Virus record (IMG/VR): IMGVR_UViG_3300044946_000014
Reading direction: 5' to 3' (one strand)
Length of the DNA: 64,000 bases
Source: an uncultured virus (IMG/VR IMGVR_UViG_3300044946_000014)
Taxonomy: Duplodnaviria > Heunggongvirae > Uroviricota > Caudoviricetes
Positions 33,207 through 43,734 of this stretch are shown one piece after another; position 1 is the first letter of the stretch, and every line of letters begins with the position of its first letter. The notes beneath the pieces are model-generated. The model saw only the letters and a program-made list of their open reading frames with translations, did not search any database and was not told the DNA's origin. Position numbers and translations under genes: made by a program.

Positions 33207-34796
33207 TCAGGCTGTTTGAGCGGCATCTTCTTCCTCTTCTTCGCCCTTCGGCTGCTGCATCCCGCTCAATCCCTCGGCATGCTTGAGAGGACCAACTTCG
33301 GGTTCAGGCACCACCGGCAACGGCGCATTGATATCCAGCCCGTGATACGGCGATTCCTCGTCCCCAGCGATACGAATGCGTGAATCGTCCGGCATGATCA
33401 CGCCGGCACCGATCAGCATTGCGTCCGTTTCCGCGTCGGTCTTGCGATTCAATGCTCGCTGTTCTTCGCTCATCGTCCGCATCGGCACCCATTCGAAGCC
33501 GATTTCCGGATCGATCTCGCCGAACTTAGAAAGCTGAACGATGTTCAACACCTTCGAGACGAACGGCGTGTAGATTTCTTGATTCGCCGATACCGTATCC
33601 TGGAAGACCTCGATCTCACCTTCAGACGTGGCGTTCAGGCCGCTAGGCGTGATGCCCGTCAGGTAGACCAGCGGAAGGCCAGTAGGGGCACACATCTGCT
33701 CCTGGGATTGGGCCTGAAGCTTATCTAAGCCGCCGAGGGGCGCCGAGATGTTGTCAAACTCTTCGGTTTCTTTATTGATGGCGTTGACGCCATGATTGTC
33801 CCGACCAAGATTGAACAACTGCATGCGGTTGTAAAACTCTTGCGCGCCACTGGCGCTCAGCATGCGGCTCATATCCGTCTTCAGCGTCCAGACCGTGAAG
33901 GCATGGATCAGGTCGGATACGGATTGACGCGTGCGGAGCCAGTTTTCCACATACGGCTTGACCATCTGCGACAGCGACAGGCCGGCGAATGCGTAGGCCG
34001 GCTTCAGGATGTCCGGAACCCTGCGCGACACAATGGTCATCAGGCGGCTGGAGTGAATCTCCTTGCCCATGACGAACCATGTCGTCGGCTTATAGAACGT
34101 CGGGTCTAGCGGGTCATTCGCGTTGTATCGGTTAGGGTATGACCAGATCGGCTCGATGATCGTAAGGCGTTTGATGGAGTTCAGCCCAACTTTCGAGGCC
34201 GATTCCGTCAGCTCTGTCTTCAGCTCATCAGGATCAAGCTGATCCGATTCCATGCCCATGTCGATGAAGATCTGCGAGCGCCCGAATAGGCCGTCTTGCT
34301 GGATGGCTTCACGAAAGACCGCCTGCACGTTCAACCGGCGAAACTCCGCCTCGATCTCTTTGATCTTGTCGGCTTTCTTCTCTTCGCCGGTTGCCCTGAT
34401 CTTGATCCACTTGCGCGTCATTTCGCGCGCATAGACCTCGGCAGGACGCCGGAACTCAGGGATCTGCGCCCATTGGGCCAAGATCGTGAATCCCGGAAAT
34501 GCATATCCCTCTTCAAATGCCGCGTTGATATTGCCAATGGCGCCGAAGGCATCGACTTCGTTGAAGCCCGCATCCATCGCGAGCTTCTTACCCGTAGTAC
34601 CAGTCGGCAGCACGCCTTTAGGCGGCTCATAAGGCTTGAAATGCTCGGGTTGGAGCGGCTTCTTGGTAGCTGGCTTCGCGCGCATCGCCAGCAAGTGATC
34701 GACCGTTACATGGAACGACTCCGCAGCCTTCGCCGGCACTTGGGCGGGCGCTTGGCGCGTCGCCATCAGTGCTTTTTTGCGTTGTCTGCGGGTCAT
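33207..34796 (-). CDS. portal protein (DUF1073-like)
   Basis: follows TerL; IHSSRL, GITPSGLNATSEGE motifs. Confidence 0.88.
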   Translation of the reverse strand: MTRRQRKKALMATRQAPAQVPAKAAESFHVTVDHLLAMRAKPATKKPLQPEHFKPYEPPKGVLPTGTTGKKLAMDAGFNEVDAFGAIGNINAAFEEGYAFPGFTILAQWAQIPEFRRPAEVYAREMTRKWIKIRATGEEKKADKIKEIEAEFRRLNVQAVFREAIQQDGLFGRSQIFIDMGMESDQLDPDELKTELTESASKVGLNSIKRLTIIEPIWSYPNRYNANDPLDPTFYKPTTWFVMGKEIHSSRLMTIVSRRVPDILKPAYAFAGLSLSQMVKPYVENWLRTRQSVSDLIHAFTVWTLKTDMSRMLSASGAQEFYNRMQLFNLGRDNHGVNAINKETEEFDNISAPLGGLDKLQAQSQEQMCAPTGLPLVYLTGITPSGLNATSEGEIEVFQDTVSANQEIYTPFVSKVLNIVQLSKFGEIDPEIGFEWVPMRTMSEEQRALNRKTDAETDAMLIGAGVIMPDDSRIRIAGDEESPYHGLDINAPLPVVPEPEVGPLKHAEGLSGMQQPKGEEEEEDAAQTA

Positions 34797-36232
34797 CGAG
34801 TTCGGCCTAGCTGGGAGAGTTGCTTTAACGTGTCTGAAGTGATGGCGAGCGGCACAACGCCAGGCGCAAACGCCATGATCAATGCATCGGCCAGGTTAGG
34901 TGAGGGGACAGGGCCGCCTTCGCGATTCGCCTTGGCGAGATCTTTCTTGCTTTCGACCTTGACCTTGCCGTTGTTATCGTAATCGCGCTTTGGAGTAGCG
35001 AGCTCGTCAATGAGCTGGTCGAGATTCGGCGTATCGCTACAAATACTGATCAGTTGATCGTCGGGAAGCTTTTCGCCCTTACGAACCGCGTTGTAAGTAT
35101 TGCGGAATCGATCCGCGACCATCCACCACGCCTGAGCCTTGAGGTTCAGGAACATATCCTTGTTCTTGACCTTTGGCTGATATTCGCGCTCCGGCTCAAA
35201 AACTGCGGCGCCTGCGTTGAACTTCTCATACTGGATGCGCCCGTCGATGATCGTGTCGTTTAACTCACCGAACTTAGCACCGGCACTAGCGCCCACGCCG
35301 ATAGAATCGTATGTCACCGTCGCGCATCGCTCGCGTGCCACGTTCCAGACGCGAGTGCATGACTTCAGTAGCTCGTCCTCGCCGGCCTTCCAGAGATCCG
35401 TCCACGAGACAACGGAACCGTGCGCATAGACATTGGCGCACTTGTCCGCGCCCGAATCTGCCACGTCGAAACCAAGCCGCTTACGTCCGGATGCCTCGAA
35501 GCCGAGCGCCTTGTCCGCATCGATCGCAGCCATGATCCACGACCGCTTGATGATCGAGCTATCGTCGTCGTCCTTCGGCACACCCAGATAGATGTGTGCG
35601 AATTCGTCCTCGTCCTCGTCCTTCGCCGCTTGAATGACGGCAAGCATCGTTTCCGATAGAAACGAATTCTCATCGTAGTTGATGCGCCGGACGAGCGTGC
35701 CAGGCGGGGGATTGACGACGAACCGCTTGTAGACAAAATCCGTAGCGAGCCGCGGATTGAAGATGATCCAGACCTGCGATCCTTGCTTACGAATCGTCGC
35801 CTCAAGGATCTTCCACTGTGCTTCGGTTAGGTTGTGGCCTTCCTCGATCCAGAGGACGTCAATACCTTCGAGCGACTTGATTTCATCGAGCGAGCGCCAC
35901 AACCCGTAGAACAGGAATTCCGCCCCAGTCTTGCGCCCGATGATCTTGTTGTCGAGCACGCGGAATTGGCTGTTTAAGCCAAACCGGTCAATCTGGTGCT
36001 TGAGAAGGGTGTAGACCGATTCCTCGATCTTGTTCTGGAACTGACGAACGCAGAGGAAGCGCAGTCTGGCATTGCTCGCCAGATAGACCGCCATCCCGGC
36101 AGCATCCCACGACTTCGAGGATGCCCGTCCCCCATAGAGGACGCGGTTCCGTACCGGTCGATCATTGACGGTCTTGGCCTGCCAGAAGTCCCGCAAACAT
36201 GGGTTCAGCGTCGGTCGGCTAGTTTGCTCCAT
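34793..36232 (-). CDS. terL: terminase large subunit (PBSX family)
   Basis: YGGRASSKS Walker A, WIEEG Walker B, FNP, DVAD and SPNLADA nuclease motifs. Confidence 0.95.
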   Translation of the reverse strand: MEQTSRPTLNPCLRDFWQAKTVNDRPVRNRVLYGGRASSKSWDAAGMAVYLASNARLRFLCVRQFQNKIEESVYTLLKHQIDRFGLNSQFRVLDNKIIGRKTGAEFLFYGLWRSLDEIKSLEGIDVLWIEEGHNLTEAQWKILEATIRKQGSQVWIIFNPRLATDFVYKRFVVNPPPGTLVRRINYDENSFLSETMLAVIQAAKDEDEDEFAHIYLGVPKDDDDSSIIKRSWIMAAIDADKALGFEASGRKRLGFDVADSGADKCANVYAHGSVVSWTDLWKAGEDELLKSCTRVWNVARERCATVTYDSIGVGASAGAKFGELNDTIIDGRIQYEKFNAGAAVFEPEREYQPKVKNKDMFLNLKAQAWWMVADRFRNTYNAVRKGEKLPDDQLISICSDTPNLDQLIDELATPKRDYDNNGKVKVESKKDLAKANREGGPVPSPNLADALIMAFAPGVVPLAITSDTLKQLSQLGRTR

Positions 36233-36836
36233 AGAAGTGGTCGAGGCTCGTCGGTACGTCTTCGCCGCCGCCGTCCTCGCCGATCTTCAGCCCGTAAGCC
36301 TCGCGCTCCAACCCGATCAGGTTCTTCAGCGTCTCGGCGAGCTTCTTCATGCCATCAATACGGCCAGGCGTCGAGATGATCTTCTGGTATAGATCGTTCA
36401 GTCGATCCACACCCTTATCGTCTTCGCGGCGCAGCAATTCGCCGAGTTGCTCGAATAGTTCGAGATTGCCGGTCTGCTGCTCAAGCTCGCCAAGGAGTGC
36501 CATCGCGAGCGTTCGAGAACGGCTGATGTCCTTCCGATGGGCGAGGCGAATCGAGGCGATCACCTCGGCGTTGGCCTCAACGATCAGGCGATCGGAAACT
36601 TTGGTTTCCGCGGCAACCTGACTGGCAACTTCGCGGCTGGCAACCAGCGCGTCAGCCTTTGCCTGTATGCGTTTGCCGAGATCGCGCTCCCATTTCGGTT
36701 CTTTATTCGCCCGCTTTTGAATCGCAGTGTGCGAGATGCCGTGGGCGGCTGCAATTTCCCGTACCGACAACAGGCCGGCCCGGTAGTCAGCTTCGATGCG
36801 TTCCCAGTCCGGCGCGGCCTTCTTTTGCTGCGCCAT
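36219..36836 (-). CDS. terS: terminase small subunit
   Basis: PDWERIEADYRAGLLSVREIA HTH; directly upstream of TerL. Confidence 0.85.
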   Translation of the reverse strand: MAQQKKAAPDWERIEADYRAGLLSVREIAAAHGISHTAIQKRANKEPKWERDLGKRIQAKADALVASREVASQVAAETKVSDRLIVEANAEVIASIRLAHRKDISRSRTLAMALLGELEQQTGNLELFEQLGELLRREDDKGVDRLNDLYQKIISTPGRIDGMKKLAETLKNLIGLEREAYGLKIGEDGGGEDVPTSLDHFYGAN

Positions 36837-36924
36837 AGTTTCTCAAGAATAAGTGCCGGTTTCCCGGCGTGCAGCGTTGCGCTGCGTGTGCCCCGTGACG
36901 CCTGAGCAGGCGAGGCGGCGGTGA

Positions 36925-37206
36925 TCAGTTTGGTTTGATCCGGAATTCCCAGAGATCGCGCTTACGTTTCTGGTCGGCAATCATTTTCTCGGCTTCTGCC
37001 GTAGTTCGATAACTGCCCCACCGGCGCCATTCGCGATCAAAAATGACCATTGCAGGATCGAGTTTAGCAACCCATTCTTCAGTCGTTCGATACTCGACGA
37101 CAATCGGCTTATTCTTCTTCCCGCCCTTTTGCGCCGGCCGCTGCTCAATGATGCCTTCCCGAGCCGCCTTGGCTCGATTGCAGTCTTCGCGATAGGAGGT
37201 GCTCAT
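36925..37206 (-). CDS. hypothetical protein
   Basis: ORF coupled to an upstream small ORF (37203-37373). Confidence 0.5.
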   Translation of the reverse strand: MSTSYREDCNRAKAAREGIIEQRPAQKGGKKNKPIVVEYRTTEEWVAKLDPAMVIFDREWRRWGSYRTTAEAEKMIADQKRKRDLWEFRIKPN

Positions 37207-37374
37207 TTTGCCTGAAGTGACTGTACGTATTCGGGACGAACCGTGATTTCATCGCCGTCTCGCTTGATCGTGATGAATTCCGGTTTGCCGGTAGTCATCC
37301 AAGACCGAAGTTGGCGTTCGGCTTCGGGATCCGACAGGAGGGCGCGAATGCGATCAGAAAAGGCGACTTGCATG

Positions 37375-37674
37375 TCAACAAATGACTCCCGGTTGGCTAG
37401 TCACGCCGAAGCAGTACGCCTCAAAAGGCCCTTTGGGGATTGACCAAACCTCTCCGATCTTCTTGCGGAGATCATCAAGCGTTTTCTCCGCATCCTTTGC
37501 GTCGATTTCGACCTTCACCGTGGTCTTGGTTTCACCAACTGGCGGCGTTACCTTCTTGAACACGAGGTCAAGGTGCTCTTTGATGGATTTCCATTGAGCG
37601 GGACAGGGCGTTTGTCCTTGTGTCAGCTCGACGAAACCTTGGAGCCAGTAGCAGAAGTCGCGTTCAGTCATCAT
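37375..37674 (-). CDS. conserved phage hypothetical protein
   Basis: FCYWLQGFVEL...IKEHLDLVF motif; coupled start. Confidence 0.65.
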   Translation of the reverse strand: MMTERDFCYWLQGFVELTQGQTPCPAQWKSIKEHLDLVFKKVTPPVGETKTTVKVEIDAKDAEKTLDDLRKKIGEVWSIPKGPFEAYCFGVTSQPGVIC

Positions 37675-38891
37675 GCCGCCAAAAGTTCGTTAGGTTGCCG
37701 TTCATAGAACCGGCCGCCAATCATCGCGTGCCCGTGAGAGCAGTCAATGTATTCAAATTGCGTGCGCTTCGTATGCGTATCAACGTGGCAAAGCAGGAAG
37801 CCATTCGACCACTTCTCGCCGGCACAATATGAAGCCTGGCGGATATGCCCGGCTCCGAGTTGGTGCCACTCATACGGCCCGAACTGCGGCGAGTAGTGGT
37901 TCCAGACCAGATGCTTGTGGTGATGGCCGTTCGCACCTGGGTAGCCCATATTGCGGCCTTCCGGGAAATGGTGGAACAGCAGCGCATCCCACAACAGCAC
38001 GTAGTTCTTCGCCAATTCCTTCTTGATGTCTGCCTCATTGAAGGCTGACAGATCCATCCGGGCGACGTAGTTGACTTCGTACTTCGTCAGGCCGAGAAGA
38101 TCAGGGACAGTCATCCCGTGCAGATCGGCCAGCACGACCATCAAGGCCGGCGTCGCCTCGGTCATGTGCCGCAACAGCCGGAACTCGTGGTTACCTTCCA
38201 CGAAGATGATTTCAGCATCCGGCGCGGCTTGGCGCAGTTCGGCGAGGAATTGGTGCACCCATTTCAGGCGTCCCAGCACATCAAACTGCCGCGGATCTTG
38301 CGTGTACTTGCCGAACTCGGTCAGGTCGAAGATGTCGCCATTCAGGACGATCTTCTCGGGTTGCGCCCGTTGAGCCGTTTCGATGAACAGGCGCCGATAG
38401 AATGGATCGCAGAGTTTGTCGTGAATATCCGACCCGACAAGGCAAGATTGCCAGCGTTGCGCATTGGGGCGAAGGTATTTCCCTTCCCACTGCTGCTTCT
38501 CGACGTTCGTGCGCCGCTGGTTGTCTTTACTGGCATGCTTCGCGATCGCGCGCTCCATCCCATGCGCATGACGCGAAAGGATGATGCCTGCTTGGCGTTT
38601 GAACTCAAGGAACGTGCCGAAATGCCGGTTCCACGTCGATTCGGAGATGTCCGAATGCACGCGGAAGTAGTTGCGTGTGATGACTTTGGTATCGTCGATC
38701 TTCGCAATGCGCTGAAGTTCGGCGATACAATCGTCTGCCGTCCATTCCGGCTGGAACTTACGTTGATCCTCGGAAAGAGGGATGGCGCCACGGAGACGGC
38801 CGCGAACCGTGGCCTCCGGAATATCCAGCGCTCGGGCGGCGGCACGAATGCTCCCATGCTCCCGTACGGCTTTCAGTAAGTCGTCGGACAT
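37671..38891 (-). CDS. calcineurin-like metallophosphoesterase with N-terminal HTH
   Basis: SDIHD, LNGDIFD, EGNHE, GHHH motifs. Confidence 0.85.
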   Translation of the reverse strand: MSDDLLKAVREHGSIRAAARALDIPEATVRGRLRGAIPLSEDQRKFQPEWTADDCIAELQRIAKIDDTKVITRNYFRVHSDISESTWNRHFGTFLEFKRQAGIILSRHAHGMERAIAKHASKDNQRRTNVEKQQWEGKYLRPNAQRWQSCLVGSDIHDKLCDPFYRRLFIETAQRAQPEKIVLNGDIFDLTEFGKYTQDPRQFDVLGRLKWVHQFLAELRQAAPDAEIIFVEGNHEFRLLRHMTEATPALMVVLADLHGMTVPDLLGLTKYEVNYVARMDLSAFNEADIKKELAKNYVLLWDALLFHHFPEGRNMGYPGANGHHHKHLVWNHYSPQFGPYEWHQLGAGHIRQASYCAGEKWSNGFLLCHVDTHTKRTQFEYIDCSHGHAMIGGRFYERQPNELLAA

Positions 38892-38900
38892 GGTTGATCC

Positions 38901-39275
38901 TTATGTGATTCGTTCCAGAAAAACGGGCATCGCCTCTTTTACCAACCAGCCGATGGTGTAAGCGAATGCTTCGTTATCACCGCCATTCTCGACTGGCACG
39001 CCTACGTCATCAAGGACGAAAAATGTCGCATGTGCCAGCTCATGGATAAACGTGTCGGCCGTGCCGTCGAATACGCCAATAGCGTATAGCCTGCCTTCTG
39101 CTTCACTGTAATACTTCGTCGCGAGGCCCTTGCAGGGCTCCATCTCGGATTCGTCACCGTATGCCGCAGCGAGCGATTCCCACTCGTCCATTGTTCGGCA
39201 CAATGCAAGCTTGCCGCCGAATATCGGGATCGGAAAGATCGGAATCTCGTAGAACCGTTCTTTCCGCGATGACAT
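38901..39275 (-). CDS. small HExxH metallopeptidase-like protein
   Basis: IHELAH ... EAFAY. Confidence 0.6.
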   Translation of the reverse strand: MSSRKERFYEIPIFPIPIFGGKLALCRTMDEWESLAAAYGDESEMEPCKGLATKYYSEAEGRLYAIGVFDGTADTFIHELAHATFFVLDDVGVPVENGGDNEAFAYTIGWLVKEAMPVFLERIT

Positions 39276-39365
39276 GGCGATGCTCGATAAAAAGGAGGCT
39301 ACTTTCTCGCGACCGCGTGACCCGCAGGTGGCTATCGCCAGGCGCGTCGCTTATTTCGCCTTCAC

Positions 39366-39440
39366 GACTGCCGGCTGGATTCGAACCAGCGACCATCGAT
39401 TTATCGATTCGGTGCTCTACCAGACTGAGCTACGGCATGC
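39366..39440 (-). pseudogene. degenerate tRNA (Ile-GAT-like)
   Basis: canonical D arm TAGCTCAGTCTGGTAGAGC and T arm GCTGGTTCGAATCCAGC; broken anticodon stem, bulged acceptor, no CCA. Confidence 0.6.
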
Positions 39441-39746
39441 GTGAAGAGGCTGGCTTCGCACCAGCTCGCCGGCTTGCGTACCGGCGCTTTCCACATTGAA
39501 GGCGCCGTGTTTGCCTCGCCACGGTCATTTAATGTAGGGCGCGCAATCCCATCACCTTCACGGCTGATAATTCAGGGCTGACTTCACCCATACAGCTAAC
39601 ATTTCAGAATCATCATGCGTGAAAGCGCCGCGTTTCGTGCGGCAGACGGCTGCATGCAACAACCAGTTCATGCAACACCGGTGGGCAACTACATGGTGGC
39701 ACCATGCCGTGACTGACAGTAACAAGCTTTCGAGCGCCCTAATTAT

Positions 39747-39823
39747 TGGTGCTTCCGGCACGGACTCGAACCCACAACCCGCTCCTTACAGGGGAGCCGC
39801 TCTACCTATTGAGCTACGGAAGC
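39747..39823 (-). tRNA. tRNA-Thr(TGT), atypical (C33, bulged T stem)
   Basis: GCTTCCG/CGGAAGC acceptor + ACCA; anticodon arm GCTCC-CCTGTAA-GGAGC. Confidence 0.75.
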
Positions 39824-39829
39824 GAAAGG

Positions 39830-39903
39830 CTGCCAGAACTGGATTCGAACCAGTGCATAACCTGATTAACAGTCAGGTGCCTTACCAACTTGGCTATCTG
39901 GCA
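39830..39903 (-). tRNA. tRNA-Asn(GTT)
   Basis: TGCCAGA/TCTGGCA acceptor, G discriminator, CCTGA-CTGTTAA-TCAGG, ACTGG-TTCGAAT-CCAGT. Confidence 0.9.
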
Positions 39904-41108
39904 ATAATCGGTGCGCGTTACGGATCGCGCGTCCGCCTCAGACCTGGAGGATCTTTTCCATATTGCGATCGCGCGCGATATGTTCTTTCAGGCGTTCGGC
40001 AATTCCCTCAAGGCGATCAACGACGAAACCTTTGCTCGGCCTGCAATCGCCTTCCATAGAGCCAGCGGCTCCATAAGAATCCGAGATTCGAGACAAACGG
40101 TCATGCAATTCGCTCTGAACGCCGGCAGCCTCATCAAGCAACAGGCCGATTTCACGAAGCAAACGCGGAACAATGCGCTCTTCATCTTCGCAATTTGCGG
40201 GCATGCATCCTTTTTCACTGTCGCGCATCGATATCTCCCTGTAGAAGCACCAAATTGATGCGCGTGACGGGTTCGCGCGCTGGCCCTATCTTTGCCAGCC
40301 GGTTTCTTCCTGCGATGTCGGAATTATCCAAGATGGCAGGGCACTTCGTTCATTGTTACGATAACGTCGGAATTACGCTTTCGGCAGCCTATCGGCGCGC
40401 GGATGAATGTCGCCAAACAATCCAGTACCTTCCATCTCAATCTCCCGTTTTCGAAAACTCAGCCGCCGCGCTATCAAAAAATCGCGACCAGAGCCAAGCC
40501 GCCCGAGCGGCTTCGTTCAGCCAGTATGCAATGATCTGATTCGGCATATTTCCGCCAGAATATTAGCGTTTTCGCGCCTGATTTAGCAGAATACTGCAGA
40601 TGTACACTTTTTGACGATGTTCATCTTTCGTGAACGCTCAATGCCGAGTGAACAGCGTCTGTGCCGCGATCTCCGGCGCAATGCCGTTTGCATATAACGT
40701 CAGCAGCCGATCAACCTCGGTGTCCGCCCAGCGATACGGCAGTTCGATCATCCCGGATGCGTTCGCGTAGATCGCGCACTCCAGCGCCCAGTTACTTACG
40801 GCTTCGGTGTTCACGGCGCAGCATCCCTTTAGCAATCACGAAGCAGCAGAACACAACTAGCATCGCGATCCCGATCAATACCTTGCTGGATGGATGCATA
40901 GCGCCTCCGCTAATCTTGCTCAGGCTTATCAAATAACGCTTCTGCGGCTTTTCGGGCGTCGCTCCAAGTCTCCGCCTCGCTGCGATCCATTCGGACGCGC
41001 TTGGTGGCTTCTCGGCGCTCTCGCGATTGCTTCGCCTCAAGGATCGCGAGGGGATCGCGATACATGTGGGAAGGCAGAGCAGTGGAACGCATGGCGAGCG
41101 AGAAAAAC

Positions 41109-41134
41109 AAAAAGCCACCGGGTTAGGGTGGCTC
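41109..41134 (-). terminator. intrinsic terminator (tR'-like)
   Basis: GAGCCACC-CTAACCC-GGTGGCTT followed by T-run on minus strand. Confidence 0.7.
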
Positions 41135-41276
41135 ATTGGGAAATTTTAAAGACGACTATCCCCTCAGAGGGATATCGCCTTGTATGTCAACCGCTAGGCT
41201 TGTTCCAGCATTTACACGGCAACTACCGCGCATTGATGTCCGGGGCCTTATATCGGTTATGTAGTATGGCATAAAC

Positions 41277-41305
41277 ACTATACAACAGATTTTTCGGGTT
41301 TACAA
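41277..41305 (-). promoter_or_regulatory. late promoter (pR'-like)
   Basis: TTGTAA-N17-TATAGT downstream of the Q-like gene and ~140 nt upstream of a terminator. Confidence 0.7.
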
Positions 41306-41883
41306 GAAATATTTCGGGGCGCGTATCCATTGTTTTCCACCATGTCCGGCCAGTATCTGTTCGACTTAGAGCAATTCTCGTCGCCAGGAATCACCTGAAG
41401 ATTTGCCTCACAATGAAATCCGAACACTAGGCGCTCACCCCGAAATGGCCCAATTTTCGCCTTTGGCCCAAGCAGTGGCACCATATGGTCAACATGGTGC
41501 GGCTTGCCGGTCAGACGGGTCAGCCGCTCGGCCTCTGCATAGAACTCGGCGATCTTCCGCTGATTCGCCCATGGTGGGGTAGCCCTGATAATCGCCGCTT
41601 GACGCTCCTTCCCCTGCTCGCGAAGCTTTTCAAGCATCCGCTCGAAGCTGTATTCAGCCTGCCAATCCGCCACTAGTTCGACGTTTTCTTCCCACCACTT
41701 CTTGTCCCGATCCCGCGCTTCACGAGAGAAACGAATGCCGCGCTCATAGATCTCGAACTCTTCATCGCAGTCGCAGCAGCAATCACTTCTCCCATTCTCC
41801 CAACTTGAAACTCGGGGCTTGAAGCTTTCCGCCATCAGCATATGCTGGCACATGGCGCATCGATACAAGGCTTCTTTCGCCAT
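41278..41883 (-). CDS. HNH endonuclease
   Basis: ATPPWA, HHVDHMVPL, GFHCEANLQVI...NCSKSN; N-terminal Cys cluster. Confidence 0.85.
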   Translation of the reverse strand: MAKEALYRCAMCQHMLMAESFKPRVSSWENGRSDCCCDCDEEFEIYERGIRFSREARDRDKKWWEENVELVADWQAEYSFERMLEKLREQGKERQAAIIRATPPWANQRKIAEFYAEAERLTRLTGKPHHVDHMVPLLGPKAKIGPFRGERLVFGFHCEANLQVIPGDENCSKSNRYWPDMVENNGYAPRNISCKPEKSVV

Positions 41884-41886
41884 AGC

Positions 41887-42396
41887 TTAGTCTGACAGCA
41901 ACGCGTTGACTTTGCCGCAGAGATCTGAAGTAGCCCGTGACAGGCACTCAGAAATCTTGTCGAAATTCCGCTGGTGCTTATCCCATACCTCTACGGGGAT
42001 GCCTGACACCAAAGCCCGCTCATGATCTTCCCACTTTTTCATTCCAGTTCCGCCGCACTTCGGACATGAAACTCCGATGCCGTTCGACTGAACAAACACG
42101 CCCGACCCACGGCAATGCGGATCGGCGTCAATGATCCATTCCTTGATGGCCACCTTAGCTAGCTTTCTTGCGTAGCCGGGCATTACTCTTAGCTTCTTCG
42201 CGCCCTCCTTTGCCAAGATACCCAACGCTTTCTGATATGCCGCCGCATCATTGCAATACTTCGCGCGGAAGAGGGCAGAGCCTAGCGAATCCGACATTCC
42301 TACCGCAGTCAATCTATCGATGGCGCGCTCGAAATCTTGTTCCCATGCCAAGCTTTTCGATTCAAATGCGCCGACAATCTTTTCCCGTACCGACAT
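41887..42396 (-). CDS. Q-like late antiterminator
   Basis: zinc-finger HCRGSG...CPKCGGTG; last gene of nin region before pR'. Confidence 0.65.
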   Translation of the reverse strand: MSVREKIVGAFESKSLAWEQDFERAIDRLTAVGMSDSLGSALFRAKYCNDAAAYQKALGILAKEGAKKLRVMPGYARKLAKVAIKEWIIDADPHCRGSGVFVQSNGIGVSCPKCGGTGMKKWEDHERALVSGIPVEVWDKHQRNFDKISECLSRATSDLCGKVNALLSD

Positions 42397-42484
42397 TTGC
42401 TCGCGCTCCAAGACGTGAGCCCCGATCAACTAGCGATCTCGTGTCGCTTAGCAGTGCTATTTTATCATGTGAATCAATGGATTG

Positions 42485-42808
42485 CTATGAATAGAGGGCC
42501 TTGTTTGCGATATCGCGAGCTTCCTCGATTTCATCCCAATCCCCGCCGACCATCTTATTTTCGATGGCGGCGATTTTTTGTAATGCCACGTGCAGTTTCG
42601 CCGCCTCTTCTTCCTCCGCCCGAAACATCTCCCCGTTCGCGTGAGCGAGTAGCTTGGCGGCTTGGAGGTCTTCGCGGAGTTGGCGAACCTCTCCGATAAG
42701 TGACAAAGCTATCTCAGGATCCATCTGGACGAAAAATTTGATTCGATGCCCCGGAATGTCTGTTTGTGCCGCCTTCGCCAGCCTCTCCAGTTCTTCGATG
42801 TCGATCAT
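42485..42808 (-). CDS. Ead/Ea22-like protein
   Basis: MIDIEELERLAKAA...DPEIALSLI; AGGAG RBS. Confidence 0.55.
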   Translation of the reverse strand: MIDIEELERLAKAAQTDIPGHRIKFFVQMDPEIALSLIGEVRQLREDLQAAKLLAHANGEMFRAEEEEAAKLHVALQKIAAIENKMVGGDWDEIEEARDIANKALYS

Positions 42809-42887
42809 ACTTTCTCCTTTTTGCGGCGCAGCTTCATGACTGCATGCAAAATCAAAAACGGCAGGATGATGAGCAACGCGTGCGTTT

Positions 42888-43304
42888 TCATGAATCTCCA
42901 TTTTCTTCGTTAGGGGCGGGCGGCAGGGGCATCCAGTGGGTCGGGTTGGGAATCTCAGAGACAGAGACTCCCCTTCCATCCGGTTCACGAAACGGCGTAT
43001 CCAGCACCCATTGGCTGGCCATGTAACTCCATCCACCGCGCCAAGGGCCATCAACAAAGATCCCTAAGGCCGGAACCCATAACTGGATCTTACGATCCTT
43101 CGGCGCAGTCTCGATCGGCTGCCATGACTCCCTGACAAGCGCGGAGCAGCGGGCGGATTCGAGTTTCTCGCGGAGATCAACGATTTCGTTCCAAAGGCGC
43201 CGGAAGCGATAAGTCACCAGCGTCCCGATGTTCCACTCGCACTCGTTCGCACGGATGAGTTCCGGCGTTTCCGAGGAAACGTGCTCGTTGTAGCGGTCAT
43301 TCAT
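42888..43304 (-). CDS. DUF551-like protein
   Basis: WQPIETAPKD...PTHWMPLPPAP. Confidence 0.75.
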   Translation of the reverse strand: MNDRYNEHVSSETPELIRANECEWNIGTLVTYRFRRLWNEIVDLREKLESARCSALVRESWQPIETAPKDRKIQLWVPALGIFVDGPWRGGWSYMASQWVLDTPFREPDGRGVSVSEIPNPTHWMPLPPAPNEENGDS

Positions 43305-43734
43305 GATTCGCCTCTTGCTGTTGTGCGATGACTCCATCAATTGCAGCATAAAACTCTTCCTGCTTCGGACATGCACCGGTCACTCGTAGTTTTAGAGATG
43401 CCTCGCCCATATAGACATCGGTCTGCATGAAGAGCGTATAGAGGCTGCGATATTTTTCGGCGTCCCGCTTCCATCCTTCGACCTCCGCATCCGACCATGC
43501 ATGGGAATCGCCAATCTCCTTCGGATCGACTGGCAACAAATCATTCGCTTTCTGTCGTGCTTCCGGTGCTCCATGGGCTCCGTCTGCAAATGCATCACGT
43601 AATCGCGCGGATGCGCCCACAGCGCCGGCGAGCTGGAAGGCGACTACACATAGCGCCTGATAGCGCTCACGCTCAGCACGAAGCAGGGCGAGGCGGCCGG
43701 ATAGTTGGCGGATTGTGTTGGCTAGGGCGCTCAT
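43297..43734 (-). CDS. hypothetical protein
   Basis: coupled ORF in nin region. Confidence 0.5.
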   Translation of the reverse strand: MSALANTIRQLSGRLALLRAERERYQALCVVAFQLAGAVGASARLRDAFADGAHGAPEARQKANDLLPVDPKEIGDSHAWSDAEVEGWKRDAEKYRSLYTLFMQTDVYMGEASLKLRVTGACPKQEEFYAAIDGVIAQQQEANHE

